IMG/VR virus record: IMGVR_UViG_3300035505_000652
Reading direction: 5' to 3' (one strand)
Length of the DNA stretch: 64,000 bases
From: an uncultured virus (IMG/VR IMGVR_UViG_3300035505_000652)
Taxonomy: Duplodnaviria; Heunggongvirae; Uroviricota; Caudoviricetes
Part shown: positions 11,094-22,128 of the stretch, piece after piece
How the letters are laid out: the number at the start of each line of letters is the position of its first letter
Position numbering within the stretch: position 1 is the first letter of the stretch
The notes under the pieces: generated by a model
Database searches by the model: none
What the model was told of the DNA's origin: nothing
What the model saw: the letters and a program-made list of their open reading frames with translations, nothing else
Made by a program: the position numbers and the translations under genes

Positions 11094-11230
11094 ACTTCAA
11101 CAACCAATTATTAAAATGCCTTTTTAAGGCATTTTATTTTTTATTTTAAGTAAAGATTTATTTTTTGTTTAAATTAAATATATAATAATATATAAGCAGT
11201 TAATAAAAAGGAAATTTAAAAAGGAGGTAT

Positions 11231-11719
11231 ATGATGAATTTAAAATTAATTGTAGCAGTTGATAAGAATTGGGGCATAGGAAGAAATAATGAACTATTAG
11301 TCTCAATTCCTGAAGACATGAAATTTTTTAGGGAGACAACCAAGAACAGCACTGTCATTATGGGCAGAAAGACTTTGGAATCGTTTCCAAACGGCAATCC
11401 TTTAAAAAATAGGGAAAACATAGTCCTAACCTCTGGAGTTATTGACAAGGAAGGCGTTGTTGTATTCCATTCCATAGAGGATGTATTGGAATATGTCAAA
11501 GATAAAGACAATTGCTTTGTCATAGGAGGGGCATCCATTTATAAGCAATTTCTTCCTTATTGCAACAAGGCTTATGTTACAAAAATAGGAAAGGCTTATG
11601 ATGCAGATACCTATTTCCCAAATCTTGATGATGTTGAAGGTTGGGAGATAAAAGATATGGGTGAAGAGAAGGTTTGGAATGATATTCCATATTCATTCAT
11701 AACATATGAAAAATATTGA
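11231..11719 (+). CDS. folA: dihydrofolate reductase
   Basis: LIVAVDKNWGIG, EDMKFF, VIMGRKT, PLKNRENIVL, VIGGASIY, DTYFP. Confidence 0.95.
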   Translation: MMNLKLIVAVDKNWGIGRNNELLVSIPEDMKFFRETTKNSTVIMGRKTLESFPNGNPLKNRENIVLTSGVIDKEGVVVFHSIEDVLEYVKDKDNCFVIGGASIYKQFLPYCNKAYVTKIGKAYDADTYFPNLDDVEGWEIKDMGEEKVWNDIPYSFITYEKY

Positions 11720-11874
11720 TAAAAAGAAGCAGCTTGTTTTGTTCAAGCTGTTTTCTTTTTTATATACTTTAATAAGCTTTTTAAAAATGGCATAAATTTG
11801 GCTTCAAAACCATATAATGATATAAAATTTATACAAAGGAAAATATTTTTATTTTAAGAAAGGAGGTATTTTCA

Positions 11875-12549
11875 ATGGAAAAAACAACAATAAAAATCCA
11901 TTGGAAAGAAGAAAACGTCACCGATAAGAGAGTATTTTATAAGGGTGACGTCGTGAAATACATAGATAAGGAGGGGTCTGAAACACTTGGAGTTATAGTA
12001 AGCAATAATTTATGCTTATTCCATTCCAAGGTATTTCAAGTTATACCAATAGACGACCCCTCCAAAACCAACATCCAAGATGAGGTCAAAAATGAAGACC
12101 TGATATCTCGGTCTTGGATTGTTGAATTTGTTGGCAGGGTTGACCGAGGAACCCTACGGAGGCTTGACAATGCCATAGTCAGGCATCATGAAATTAAAGG
12201 CATGGGCGAATACCAAATAGGAGATGTATATATGGCAAACATCCCAGAATACGAAGATAGTAGTATTCAAAAAGGTTTTCGCCCAGTTATAGTTGTTAGC
12301 GGTGAAGAGAATGAGGAGGAAAACTTCCATGTCTTACCGTTGACAACGAAAGACAAAAAGAAAATGCGTACTCATGTGAAAGTATCGGCTTCCGATACTT
12401 TCATGGAAAGAGATAGCATCATCATGGCTGAGTCTGAAATGACATTGCCTAAAATGAACCTAATCAAAAAGATTGGGACGTTTGATGAAGCTATACAGGG
12501 GCTGGTGTTGAATGCGATAAAAGTTCAGCATCAAATAAGCATTTGTTGA
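11875..12549 (+). CDS. tandem PemK/MazF-fold protein
   Basis: two repeats: KGDVV..GVIVSNN..QVIPI and GDVYMA..SIQKGFRPVIVVS..VLPLTT..HV. Confidence 0.7.
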   Translation: MEKTTIKIHWKEENVTDKRVFYKGDVVKYIDKEGSETLGVIVSNNLCLFHSKVFQVIPIDDPSKTNIQDEVKNEDLISRSWIVEFVGRVDRGTLRRLDNAIVRHHEIKGMGEYQIGDVYMANIPEYEDSSIQKGFRPVIVVSGEENEEENFHVLPLTTKDKKKMRTHVKVSASDTFMERDSIIMAESEMTLPKMNLIKKIGTFDEAIQGLVLNAIKVQHQISIC

Positions 12550-12668
12550 TTGTCGGGGAAAATAAGGATGTTGTTGGAAAACAACGTCCTTTATTTTTTT
12601 TTCTAAAACCAAATTTATTGATAAATCTCCTTTATTATAAATAAATTCATAATAAAGGGGGAGATTGA

Positions 12669-13073
12669 ATGACTTTAGAAGAAAATAAGAATTTTGCAAG
12701 CATAGCATTGTATTACAAGGATATTGGCTTGAATGAAATTTTGAGTTTAATGGAAACTATTCATTTCAGTTCAGAAAGGCAAGCTAGGTTTTTAACAACC
12801 ATTAACTTATTGGATGAAGATGATTATATTGAACATGTTTTCTTAATAGATAAAAACCATCCAGCAGGACCTGAATTGCATTGCGTAACTCATTCTGGAA
12901 TCATATTTATATTAAACCAATATAAATATGAAAACAATAGCCCATGCTTGATTACCATTTTATTGGCAAGACCAAACCAAATTAAAAGATTATATGACCC
13001 GTTTGGGTTTAAAATTGATAAATACACTTTGAATAAAACAATATATTATATTGAAAACCATTTGAATAATTAA
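12669..13073 (+). CDS. hypothetical protein
   Basis: GGGGGAG RBS, 134 aa. Confidence 0.7.
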   Translation: MTLEENKNFASIALYYKDIGLNEILSLMETIHFSSERQARFLTTINLLDEDDYIEHVFLIDKNHPAGPELHCVTHSGIIFILNQYKYENNSPCLITILLARPNQIKRLYDPFGFKIDKYTLNKTIYYIENHLNN

Positions 13074-13365
13074 ACAAAAGAAGATTTTATATACAATATA
13101 CATAATTAACATAAAAACAAATTTAAATAAGCAACAATGTTGACAAATTAAGAAATTTATGGTATGATGAATAAAGATACTTGAAAACAATAATCTATTT
13201 TGGAAAAGTAAGCAAAAGCTTTCTAATTATTATGAATAGTTAATTATTTGTTTAACAAAAAATAAGAAAGGAATGTTGTTGCATGGCAATGTCATTAAGT
13301 TAAGCAGAAATAATGTATATTTATGCAATAATACATATCCATACATTAAAAAAGGAGGACAAGTT

Positions 13366-14445
13366 ATGGGTTTGCCATTTTTTAAAAGGTTTTTTGTTGC
13401 GATTGCGACAACTAGTTTATTAGGCAATTCAATTGCAACACCAGAAACATTTGCAAACAGCAATTATGCAAAAAATGGGATTGAAAGCAATGTGGAAGAC
13501 GAGGCTGGTGAAACCAGCATTGTAATTTCATTTGCCGGAGACTGCACTTTGGGTAATTACAAAGGACAAGGATACTCAAATTCATTTAATGAAATGTTAA
13601 GCAAAGTCACGCCTGATTACTTTTTTGAGAATGTAAGGGAAATATTTGAAAACGACGATATAACATTTGTAAATCTTGAAGGGGCTTTGACCAATGAAAG
13701 CCAAAAAACAGAAAAGACCTATCCCATCAAAGGCAATGTTGAAGGCATACAAATGTTGCAATCCGCATCAATAGAAGCAGTTAATTTGGCAAACAACCAC
13801 ATTTATGATTGCGGCCAAGCAGGGTTTAATGAATGTGTAAGTTTGCTGGAAGAAAACAACATCAAATATTGCGGTGAGGGATATTCTGCTATTTATGAAA
13901 TCCCAGAAAAGGATGTTAAAGTAGGCTTCTTGGGTTACAGGGCTTTCAGCGTGACAAATGAGCTAAAAAACAATATCAAAAATGACATAGCAGATTTGAA
14001 GAGCCAAGGTGCAGATATTGTTTGCGTGATGTTCCATTATGGAATAGAGGGAACCCATACAGCAAGCAATGACCAAATCAATATATCAAGATACACGATA
14101 GATTGCGGAGCCGATATTGTAATGGGAGGACATCCACATGTCTTGCAAGGCATTGAAGTTTATAATGGAAAAGTTATTGATTATAGCTTGGGAAATTTTT
14201 GCTTTGGGGCTAATAAGAACCCAAGCGATAAAGATACCATCATTTTCCAACAAACATTTACAAAGAATGAAAATGGAGAATGGGTGTATGGGGACAGTAC
14301 TGTAATGCCATGCAGCATTTCTTCAACTTCAAGTAAAAATGATTACAAACCAACGCTATTAACAGATGCCAACAAAGAAAGGGTTTTGAACAATTTAAAG
14401 AAATACAGCACCCAATTTAGTGAAACAATTGAAGTTTTAAAATAA
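13366..14445 (+). CDS. CapA/PgsA-family metallophosphatase-fold protein, exported
   Basis: FAGD, VNLEG, NLANNHIYD, HYG, GGHPHVLQ, YSLGNF; AGGAGG RBS before ATG 13366. Confidence 0.9.
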   Translation: MGLPFFKRFFVAIATTSLLGNSIATPETFANSNYAKNGIESNVEDEAGETSIVISFAGDCTLGNYKGQGYSNSFNEMLSKVTPDYFFENVREIFENDDITFVNLEGALTNESQKTEKTYPIKGNVEGIQMLQSASIEAVNLANNHIYDCGQAGFNECVSLLEENNIKYCGEGYSAIYEIPEKDVKVGFLGYRAFSVTNELKNNIKNDIADLKSQGADIVCVMFHYGIEGTHTASNDQINISRYTIDCGADIVMGGHPHVLQGIEVYNGKVIDYSLGNFCFGANKNPSDKDTIIFQQTFTKNENGEWVYGDSTVMPCSISSTSSKNDYKPTLLTDANKERVLNNLKKYSTQFSETIEVLK

Positions 14446-15202
14446 GAAGGATGTCTTGTTATTTTATGGTTTAAACATATTGCTTTAACAGAAACCAGTC
14501 TTTTAAAAAGGCTGGTTTTAATATTGTAAATGTTTTTGGTAAAGCAATCTTTATATTTTATTTCCTCCATTCTTCATTTACTTATCATGGTTTATACTAT
14601 ATCATAAATTCTCATTTATGAGAATTTATTCTTTAAGTAAGGTGTTCTAGTTATTATCCTCCTCCATTAGTGAGTAAAAAAACGAAGAATAAAAAGAAGA
14701 AAACTTAAAATAATGAAGAAAACTCCTTCAAAGCCTTGTATTTGTTACTTTTCTTTATTATTCCTCCATTCAATTTTCAAATTTCAATAAATAGTTTTGA
14801 TATCATTTTTTTAAAAAAAAGAATAATGGCTTAAATGAAAAATATTTATTTAAAAAGATTTTTTATTTCTAGGTTTTATTCTTTTTGATTCCATTTATTA
14901 TTTCTCTTAATGGATTATAATGAAGCTTAATATACCTTGTATTTTTTAAGGAATAAATTCACATGGATGTGAATTTATGATATAATATAAAGGAAGAATA
15001 TTTTATATGTTTAAATAAACTTTAAAGGTGATGTTGTTTGGGATAGCATTATGGATATTTTAAGATTGTAAAATCTCTTTTAATTCATCAATAATTTTTC
15101 CTGTAGTTTTAAAATACCTTTTATTAACATATAATAGAAGGAAAGCTATTTTAAAAAATGGCAATATTTACATTAATATTTATTTAAAAGGAGGATTTAA
15201 AG

Positions 15203-15862
15203 ATGGGATTTGAAAAGGAAAAACAAATTTCAAAAGAGACATTAACGGAGGACTTAAACAGCTTATTTTCCAAAGTTGTCAATGAAAGCCTTGAAAAACT
15301 TGACAGTTATATGTGGACATACAATCCATCTAACAAAACGTTTTCCTGCATGGAGATGTTGGAAACCAGACTTCCATATGAAATTGATGATTTTATAATA
15401 AGAGGTGTCGGGTATACCGTCAAAGCAAAAAACATAGACCCAGAAAGCGACCTCATGGAGATGTTTTTTGACATCACTGTTACCATATTGGATGAGGAAA
15501 GGGAGACTGCAAGTTGGGAAGTCAAAAAGTTATTGGAAGCTCTAAGGGAAAGAAGAAAAAATGTTTATTATGGTTGGAACAAAAAGGCTGTTAATGCCAT
15601 GGAAAGAAACAACTTGAACAACATTTCCGGCAAAACCCTTGTATATTCTGTTTCCAAAGATAAGCTTATTTCCAAGCCAATGAGATGCTTCAATATTTCC
15701 ATGGATGGTTTTGAATGGATGGAGCAGGTTAAGTTTGTACCTGTTGTCTGGGAAAAAGAAGATGACTTGGAAGCAGTCATAGAGCTGATTAATGGAGTAA
15801 AGGTAAAATATACAAGGGATGAGGCAATAGAGTTTGCAGATGTCTATATGGAGTTTATTTAA
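15203..15862 (+). CDS. hypothetical protein
   Basis: AGGAGG RBS, 219 aa. Confidence 0.75.
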   Translation: MGFEKEKQISKETLTEDLNSLFSKVVNESLEKLDSYMWTYNPSNKTFSCMEMLETRLPYEIDDFIIRGVGYTVKAKNIDPESDLMEMFFDITVTILDEERETASWEVKKLLEALRERRKNVYYGWNKKAVNAMERNNLNNISGKTLVYSVSKDKLISKPMRCFNISMDGFEWMEQVKFVPVVWEKEDDLEAVIELINGVKVKYTRDEAIEFADVYMEFI

Positions 15863-15890
15863 GTTTTTTTATCAAGGAGGTATATTTGAA

Positions 15891-16850
15891 ATGGATAAGA
15901 AGGAAAGAATTGAAACAAAAAAATATGTTTATGCGGCAAAGGCAGAAGGAGTAATCTTGAAGGTTGATTTGGATGGGGAGTTTCCAATATTGGAATCTGT
16001 GGATGCCCCGTCATTCAAGAGCAGCATAGACTTGGCAAAATTAAATGGAGGCAGGGTTATAATAAAAGACGTAGGCCTATTTGAATACCAAGTAGATGTC
16101 AATGCCTTGGATTATTCCATTCAGACATATAAAAGCATTCTTTCACTAATGGGTAATATGCATGCAAGGGATAAGATGATGAATCATTTATCAGATGAGA
16201 AGTTTTTGGAGCTTGAAGACAGACTAAAAAAGGTCATCGCCCAAGAAGTAGACGAGCTTTTTGTTGAAGATATTATTTTTGACAAGAAGAGATTTCTGCA
16301 GGAGTTTGATTGTGGAAAAATGTCAACTAAGGATATTTTCAGTGAAGAGGATTGCACTTGGGGCAGCTTAGTCTGGCTTATATTGAAATGGATTACATTC
16401 AAAGCAGAAAAAGCTATTATAAATAAAAATCATGCATTTTACCCTTTCTTGGGGAATAATGACAGGGGCTATGCAAAAGAGATATTCGCCTTATGCAAGC
16501 AGCTTGAAGATGAAATCGAGCACAATGATGGCTTAACAATAGCTAATGGTGATGAAGTCTTAAATTCCATGAAGCATACATTAAATGTTTTATTGGAGTG
16601 TATTGGAACTGGCAATGATATATTTGGCGAAAAGTTCCAAGTTAAAAGCTGGAATTACAAATCATATGAAACCCCTTTATTCACCGAGGAGGAAAAGGGC
16701 AAGCTTATCAATGCAGAGGACAGCATTAAAAACCTTATAAAGCTTACAAGCAGCTCAGACAAGTCTGAAGCCATTGAACATAGTGATGCAGATGGATGTC
16801 CGCAAGCAGGCGTAAGGAAGAATAAAGATTATATCTTTGTTGGATGCTAA
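15891..16850 (+). CDS. hypothetical protein
   Basis: AAGGAGG RBS before ATG 15891; hairpin terminator near 16870-16900. Confidence 0.75.
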   Translation: MDKKERIETKKYVYAAKAEGVILKVDLDGEFPILESVDAPSFKSSIDLAKLNGGRVIIKDVGLFEYQVDVNALDYSIQTYKSILSLMGNMHARDKMMNHLSDEKFLELEDRLKKVIAQEVDELFVEDIIFDKKRFLQEFDCGKMSTKDIFSEEDCTWGSLVWLILKWITFKAEKAIINKNHAFYPFLGNNDRGYAKEIFALCKQLEDEIEHNDGLTIANGDEVLNSMKHTLNVLLECIGTGNDIFGEKFQVKSWNYKSYETPLFTEEEKGKLINAEDSIKNLIKLTSSSDKSEAIEHSDADGCPQAGVRKNKDYIFVGC

Positions 16851-16960
16851 TTGGCAGTTGGATTAATACAAAGACCCATGGAAATCCATGGGTCTTTTGT
16901 TTTAAGGTTTTATTTAGAAAAGAAAATAGACTACATTAAAGTAGTCTATTTTAAAGTAGT

Positions 16961-17707
16961 TTAATTTACCATCTGCAATGATAACTTCTTTACGAAAATT
17001 GATGTTTGTTCATCCAAGACTTTATCTATATCCTTAAATACCTTCAAATCCTTTTCAGTTGTAAGGACTTTGTATTTTCCAGAAAAATCCTTCTCAATTC
17101 CAAATAATCCAATAACCGTAAACTTTCCATTTTCCCCATTCTCGTCATCAAATTGGTATATAATGCCCAAAGTCCTGTTTTTGATTTCACAAGTCTTGGT
17201 AAAAAGGTTTTTGTCAATCAAGAATACCTGGTCTTTGAATTTATTCCCCTTATCCACGACATCTGCAAAGATATAAGGGATAAGGCTTGAAATGATTGGA
17301 GTGGTTGTCACAAGTTTGCCGAACTCATTTGGAATGGCTTGTTGCAATACATAATAGTCTGCATCCTTGTCTTTTGTTATCATGTAGTCCGTATGCAGAC
17401 ATTGTCCAAAAATGGTCTGGACGCAATCAATCTTTGTATTGCTCAATAAATTAGTCCTGCTTGTATATTCCTCAAAGGCTTTGAGTTCGCTTCCTTCCAA
17501 GGCAACCCCTTTGCCTGCTGCTATAAAGCTTACAAGGTTTTCTGGAAGTTCTGATGTTGAAACCTTTCTATACCTTTCATTGACCTTATAAAACACGTCT
17601 GCATTTGTAGCCCCGTTTGATTGGTCAAAAGTCAATACCTTTATAAAGACATCATTATCTTTTTGATGCTTTGTAATTTCTTCCAATACTGATAAAAATT
17701 TAGCCAT
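16961..17707 (-). CDS. hypothetical protein
   Basis: 248 aa, RBS, directly downstream of the prepilin peptidase. Confidence 0.75.
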   Translation of the reverse strand: MAKFLSVLEEITKHQKDNDVFIKVLTFDQSNGATNADVFYKVNERYRKVSTSELPENLVSFIAAGKGVALEGSELKAFEEYTSRTNLLSNTKIDCVQTIFGQCLHTDYMITKDKDADYYVLQQAIPNEFGKLVTTTPIISSLIPYIFADVVDKGNKFKDQVFLIDKNLFTKTCEIKNRTLGIIYQFDDENGENGKFTVIGLFGIEKDFSGKYKVLTTEKDLKVFKDIDKVLDEQTSIFVKKLSLQMVN

Positions 17708-17724
17708 AATACATTATCCTTTCT

Positions 17725-18228
17725 TTAAAAACATTTTGCTATTATAAGCAAGGTATAAAATGCAATGAAGAAAAATGGAGCCATTGGAGCTTTTAATCTT
17801 CTAACATTTTTCCTTGTAACAATCTTTCTTCCCAAACTGAATAACAACATATAAAAACATCCAAGGATAAGAGTAAATATGCTCAATCCAAGACCAAGAT
17901 ATAATCCCATGACCGTCATAAACTTTATATCCCCGCCCATTTTTTGGAGGAATACCACCGCCGGTATTATTAATGCAAGGAATGAAACCGCTGCCCCTAG
18001 AAAACTCCAAATATCCATTTCAAGAGTGTATACTGGAATAAAGGTAAACACTACCCTTGCTCCAAAAAGAAATATATTAAATTTGTCATATATTTTGTAT
18101 TCAAGCATATCAGTATAGCTTGCAAACATAAACGCGGCTACAAGAAATGCCACAACCAAGTCATTATTAAAGAATGGAGTTAATTCTTCCCATGACATGA
18201 TTAATCTTTGAAATAAATCTGCTACCAT
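17725..18228 (-). CDS. A24 prepilin peptidase (TadV/CpaA-like)
   Basis: SYTD...KIYD, MGGDIKF and APMAPF motifs; multi-TM. Confidence 0.85.
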   Translation of the reverse strand: MVADLFQRLIMSWEELTPFFNNDLVVAFLVAAFMFASYTDMLEYKIYDKFNIFLFGARVVFTFIPVYTLEMDIWSFLGAAVSFLALIIPAVVFLQKMGGDIKFMTVMGLYLGLGLSIFTLILGCFYMLLFSLGRKIVTRKNVRRLKAPMAPFFFIAFYTLLIIAKCF

Positions 18229-18344
18229 ATATAAAATCCTTTCCTTTCTTTTTTCTTCTATATTATATTCCAACAAACTTTTGAAATTTAGTTTTTTATG
18301 TTTGAATAATGGTTTTTGCTGATAAAAATAATTTATTTTTAAAC

Positions 18345-18400
18345 AAGTTATATCTTGCTTTTTAAAATATAACTTAAATCAAGGTGGTAAATTTGATTTT
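18345..18400 (+). repeat. 69-bp repeat family B, single unit
   Basis: cttgctttttaaaatataacttaaatcaaggtggtaaattt. Confidence 0.85.
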
Positions 18401-18954
18401 TTACATAAGAATTTTATTGCATAAAAACAAGCACATATACACATAAATCTGCAAATACACATAAATCTTGTTTATGTGTCTTTAAAGTTTGTTTAAACGT
18501 ACAAGACATACCTTCCTTTATATCATCCCATAAATTCTCATCCATGAGAATTTATCTTTTAAATAAATATATAAAATATTTTTATTTCCCAATAAATTAA
18601 AGGAGGAAATATTTGAGAAGGATAATGACAAAAAGAATAATTAGAAGAGAGGAAGAGAGGAAGAGGAAATAATAACAATAATAATAAAAAATTAAAAGAC
18701 AGGATGCTTTTTGCCTTTTTAATAAGAGGATTGATTTAAGCTGTATTGGATATTATTATATTCCATTAAATAAGTGAGTAAAAAAAATGAAGGATAAAAA
18801 GAAGAAAATTCTTCCAAATTTTACATTTACTAGTTTCCTTCATTGTTTAATATAAGCATCCTTCCAACCAAGTCATATATGCTTGTATTAAAATTATTAC
18901 TTAATTCAAATGGAAAATGCTTTTCAAAATTTATATTTAGGATAAAATTAGGGT

Positions 18955-18983
18955 TTGACAAGTTTCTTTTTTTTTGTTATAAT
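18955..18983 (+). promoter_or_regulatory. consensus sigma-A promoter
   Basis: TTGACA-17bp-TATAAT. Confidence 0.8.
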
Positions 18984-19062
18984 AAGATTAAATAAATAAA
19001 AATATTTAATTTATTTTATAATAAACATATATATTTAAAAATAAGAAAGGATTTGATGTTTT

Positions 19063-19296
19063 ATGGATAAGGAATTTGAAACAATAACTTTGGAAATGGA
19101 CAAGGATGAATATGAAGCCTTGGAAGCATTGGCAGAGAAAAACAATACAACCTTGAATGAAATAATAAACAACCTTTTGACATTGTGCGTAAAAGAGAAT
19201 GGCCTTGTTGTTTGGAATGATGGGTTTGATAAGCCATATACTGTTTTAAGAACCAAGGAAGAAGTTGCAGCATGGAAGGCAAAGTTTGGAGAATAA
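19063..19296 (+). CDS. possible ribbon-helix-helix (CopG-like) DNA-binding protein
   Basis: ITLEMDKDEYEALEALAEKNNTTLNEII pattern. Confidence 0.55.
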   Translation: MDKEFETITLEMDKDEYEALEALAEKNNTTLNEIINNLLTLCVKENGLVVWNDGFDKPYTVLRTKEEVAAWKAKFGE

Positions 19297-19308
19297 GAGG
19301 GATAAGCT

Positions 19309-19581
19309 ATGGTTTTAAAATTTTTGGATAGATATGGCAAATATTCAAGCCTTGGCTCATTCCAAGAAAAAGAAGATGTATTCAAGAAAATGCATGAATA
19401 TGTAGAGGGAATTAAATTCAAGTCATATTACACAAGGATTAATTATCTTGGAAAAGATAGAATTGAAGTTGATTTTGGCAGCCATTCAGAATTCTTTTAT
19501 GTTGAAGCAGAGAACGAAGGCGAGGACTTGATTGATATTTTTGCAATTAGAAAAGATGATTATACAAAAAAGGAATCTTAA
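19309..19581 (+). CDS. hypothetical protein
   Basis: RBS; same operon as the upstream gene. Confidence 0.7.
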   Translation: MVLKFLDRYGKYSSLGSFQEKEDVFKKMHEYVEGIKFKSYYTRINYLGKDRIEVDFGSHSEFFYVEAENEGEDLIDIFAIRKDDYTKKES

Positions 19582-19604
19582 ATAAGATTCCTTTTTTAAA
19601 ATTG

Positions 19605-19772
19605 TTATTTATTCAAGCGTAAGTTGAAGGAAATATTCCAAGCCTCATCAATAAAGGATGTATCATCCCTTAATTTTGCATTGATTTTCCTGTATTGGTT
19701 TTCTTTCACGCTATACCTTGTAAACATTGTGTCATGGAAATCCATGGTGGTTTTTGTACTATCTTTAAGCAT
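19605..19772 (-). CDS. small hypothetical protein (55 aa, absent from ORF track)
   Basis: GAAAGGGG RBS; MLKDSTKTTMDFHD...LRLNK. Confidence 0.5.
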   Translation of the reverse strand: MLKDSTKTTMDFHDTMFTRYSVKENQYRKINAKLRDDTSFIDEAWNISFNLRLNK

Positions 19773-19794
19773 TGTTAAACCCCTTTCATTTTTA

Positions 19795-20784
19795 TTAAAA
19801 ACTAAGTTTTCCTGAATATGTCTTTTTAGCTTCCTTTAAATCCTTTAACAACAACTTGGTTTTATTGCTGTTTGGATATTTTATGCAATACCTTGTAATG
19901 ATTTTTGAAAGATTTTCCAAATTGGCATCATCTTTGCTTGTGGCTGCTTCTTTGAAGGTTTCCCAATCATTGCATGGCCAATTGTCTTCAGATTCTCCAA
20001 TAAAAGTTGCAACCTCTTCATTTGTTAAGGCATACTTTGGAACTCCAAGCAATTCAACTCCTGCACATATCGCCCAAAAATCAAATCTGTTTCCTTCAAT
20101 GGTGTCAATTGCATTGCAAATATCAAAATAGTCTCTATCATTTTGGGTATATTGGATATAGTAGATATTGGGATACCAATCGCTATTATTCCTTCTAAAA
20201 TAATACCCGTCTTTTAGATAACATCCCCTATTCGAATCATGCATGAATTGATGGCTTGGCTGTGACAATATGCCTTCCCTGTTTAATTTCATAAAGATTT
20301 TGGGAAGCTGCTTCTTGTCTACATTTAGAGCCATTGCCATATCTTCAATGGTGACGAACTTTGCATTTTCCTTCTTGTATTTTTGTATAAGGCTTTTAAC
20401 CTCATTGTATAAGGCTTCATCCTTGACTTTCCTTACATGATGCTTAAGGACTTTATGGGATGTAAGGTTGTCAAAATTATCCATTTCTCTTTTCCAAAAA
20501 TACATGTCCTGATAAAGGCAATCAAGCTTGTCTTTCAAGATTTTATTTCCAACCAAGTATTTGCTTCCATATTTTAAATTGGATGATAGCTGGGAACTGA
20601 CCCTTATTATTTCCTTTTTAATATTCCAAATCTCTTCTTTTATTTCGTTGGCATCCTTTGAGCCCTCATCTTTTGGATTTCTTATATATGTTATATCATG
20701 CCTTCCTCCATATCCATCTGATACATAGTTTATATCGTTTCCTTCACGAAACATCTTTAAGACCTCCTTTTTATAAATAATCAT
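19795..20784 (-). CDS. hypothetical protein with internal winged-HTH-like segment
   Basis: VTIEDMAMALNVDKKQLPKIFMKLNREGIL; the real start is probably the downstream ATG (MFREG). Confidence 0.65.
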   Translation of the reverse strand: MIIYKKEVLKMFREGNDINYVSDGYGGRHDITYIRNPKDEGSKDANEIKEEIWNIKKEIIRVSSQLSSNLKYGSKYLVGNKILKDKLDCLYQDMYFWKREMDNFDNLTSHKVLKHHVRKVKDEALYNEVKSLIQKYKKENAKFVTIEDMAMALNVDKKQLPKIFMKLNREGILSQPSHQFMHDSNRGCYLKDGYYFRRNNSDWYPNIYYIQYTQNDRDYFDICNAIDTIEGNRFDFWAICAGVELLGVPKYALTNEEVATFIGESEDNWPCNDWETFKEAATSKDDANLENLSKIITRYCIKYPNSNKTKLLLKDLKEAKKTYSGKLSF

Positions 20785-21376
20785 TTTTTTATATATTATA
20801 TGTTTTAAAATTCAATATATATTTCCTTAAAAAAAATTATAGCACAAATCTATAAAAATTTCAATACAAAGCAATAAGAAACATAAAGAAAAACAACAAT
20901 TGTAAAGATAATAAAGGCTTAGAAATTTTGTTTATGGTTTTAACCTTTTCCCCTCCTTTATTATTCCTCTTTTTATTTCCCTTAATGGAATATGATAAAG
21001 CCTAAGATTTTTGGGTTAATAGATAAATTCACATAGATGTGAATTTATGGGTTATATAAAAAGAGAGGTTTTGTATATTTTAATAAATAGCATAGCAAGG
21101 TTTAATGCAGATAAAGTATTGGAAATTGGTTGGATGATTAAATACAAAAGAAATTATTTAATACAAAACAATTTCTTTTATTGTAGTTCTTTCCACATCA
21201 TCTTAAAGTTCAATCATGACCATGCATATGAGACAGTGGTTTTCCAATAATTTGCCATATTGTATAATAAATGCGGTTGGATTACTTTCTTTATTGGAAA
21301 TAAGGCTTTATTTCAAGGGTTGTTTTAGGGAGCAGCAAAATTTTTTTTAATCATGCAAATTTTTTAAATTTTCTTA

Positions 21377-21405
21377 TTGACAATTGCATAATATAGATGT
21401 ATAAT
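21377..21405 (+). promoter_or_regulatory. consensus promoter for the leader and tRNA operon
   Basis: TTGACA-17bp-TATAAT. Confidence 0.85.
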
Positions 21406-21474
21406 AAAGAAAATTAAAGATTGCAAGGCAATCAAACATTAAATTAAAAATATAAGGAAAGGAGAAAATTAAAA

Positions 21475-21600
21475 ATGAGTACAATGATGACTAACACATT
21501 AGAGCTTAAAAAGTCAGCCCCCATTAAACCATTCGCGTGGAAACGAGTATGGTCTGTTTGTGTTGGTCAAAGTCAAAATGGAAATTTCCTGCATGGATAA
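21475..21600 (+). CDS. 41-aa putative leader peptide
   Basis: AAAGGAG RBS; MSTMMTNTLELKKSAPIKPFAWKRVWSVCVGQSQNGNFLHG*. Confidence 0.65.
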   Translation: MSTMMTNTLELKKSAPIKPFAWKRVWSVCVGQSQNGNFLHG

Positions 21601-21657
21601 TGTATTCCATGTAAAACTCATTTGTATATTTTCTTCGCTATTGAAATATATAAATTC

Positions 21658-21723
21658 AAAGCCATTTACTTTAACCAACAATCAAATTAGATTGTAGGTG
21701 TAGGTAAGTGGCTTTTTATATTT
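21658..21723 (+). terminator. long hairpin with U tract before the first tRNA (attenuator candidate)
   Basis: AAAGCCATTTACT...GGTAAGTGGCTTT then ttatattt. Confidence 0.65.
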
Positions 21724-21732
21724 CAAATTTAT

Positions 21733-21805
21733 GGGCGCATAGTTTAATTGGTAGAACACAGAACTTTTAATTCTGATGATGGGGGTTCAAGTCCCCCTGC
21801 ACCCA
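21733..21805 (+). tRNA. tRNA-Lys(UUU)
   Basis: cloverleaf; anticodon arm CAGAA-CTTTTAA-TTCTG; GGTTCAAGT T-loop. Confidence 0.9.
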
Positions 21806-21832
21806 CTCCATACAATTTGTATGGCTTGATAA

Positions 21833-21904
21833 TGGGAATGAGGTGTAAAGGTCTGCACACGTCGCTTGGGACGATGGGGAGGGGTTCGAGTCCCACATTT
21901 CCAA
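21833..21904 (+). tRNA. tRNA-Pro(UGG), atypical
   Basis: anticodon arm CGTCG-CTTGGGA-CGATG; irregular acceptor and T stems. Confidence 0.8.
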
Positions 21905-21935
21905 TCATCCAAGGAATATCATCTTGGATTTGCAT

Positions 21936-22009
21936 GGATACATAGTTTAACTGGTAGAACACAGAACTTTTAATTCTGATGATGGAGGGTTCAAATCCCC
22001 CTGTATCCA
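21936..22009 (+). tRNA. tRNA-Lys(UUU)
   Basis: GGATACA/TGTATCC acceptor stem; CTTTTAA loop. Confidence 0.9.
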
Positions 22010-22032
22010 TTCATATTTATATATGAGTTTAT

Positions 22033-22104
22033 GGGACTATGGTGTAACGGCAAGCATAGAGGTCTCCAAAACCTTTGATTTGGGTTCGAATCCCAATGGT
22101 CCTG
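22033..22104 (+). tRNA. tRNA-Trp(CCA)
   Basis: GAGGT-CTCCAAA-ACCTT arm; G73. Confidence 0.9.
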
Positions 22105-22128
22105 CTTGTTTTTTTAAAACATAAATAA

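Noticed and set aside
11231..11719. Calling the DHFR a trimethoprim-resistance dfr allele
   Set aside because: Cannot be told apart from ordinary folA by eye; no integron or IS context
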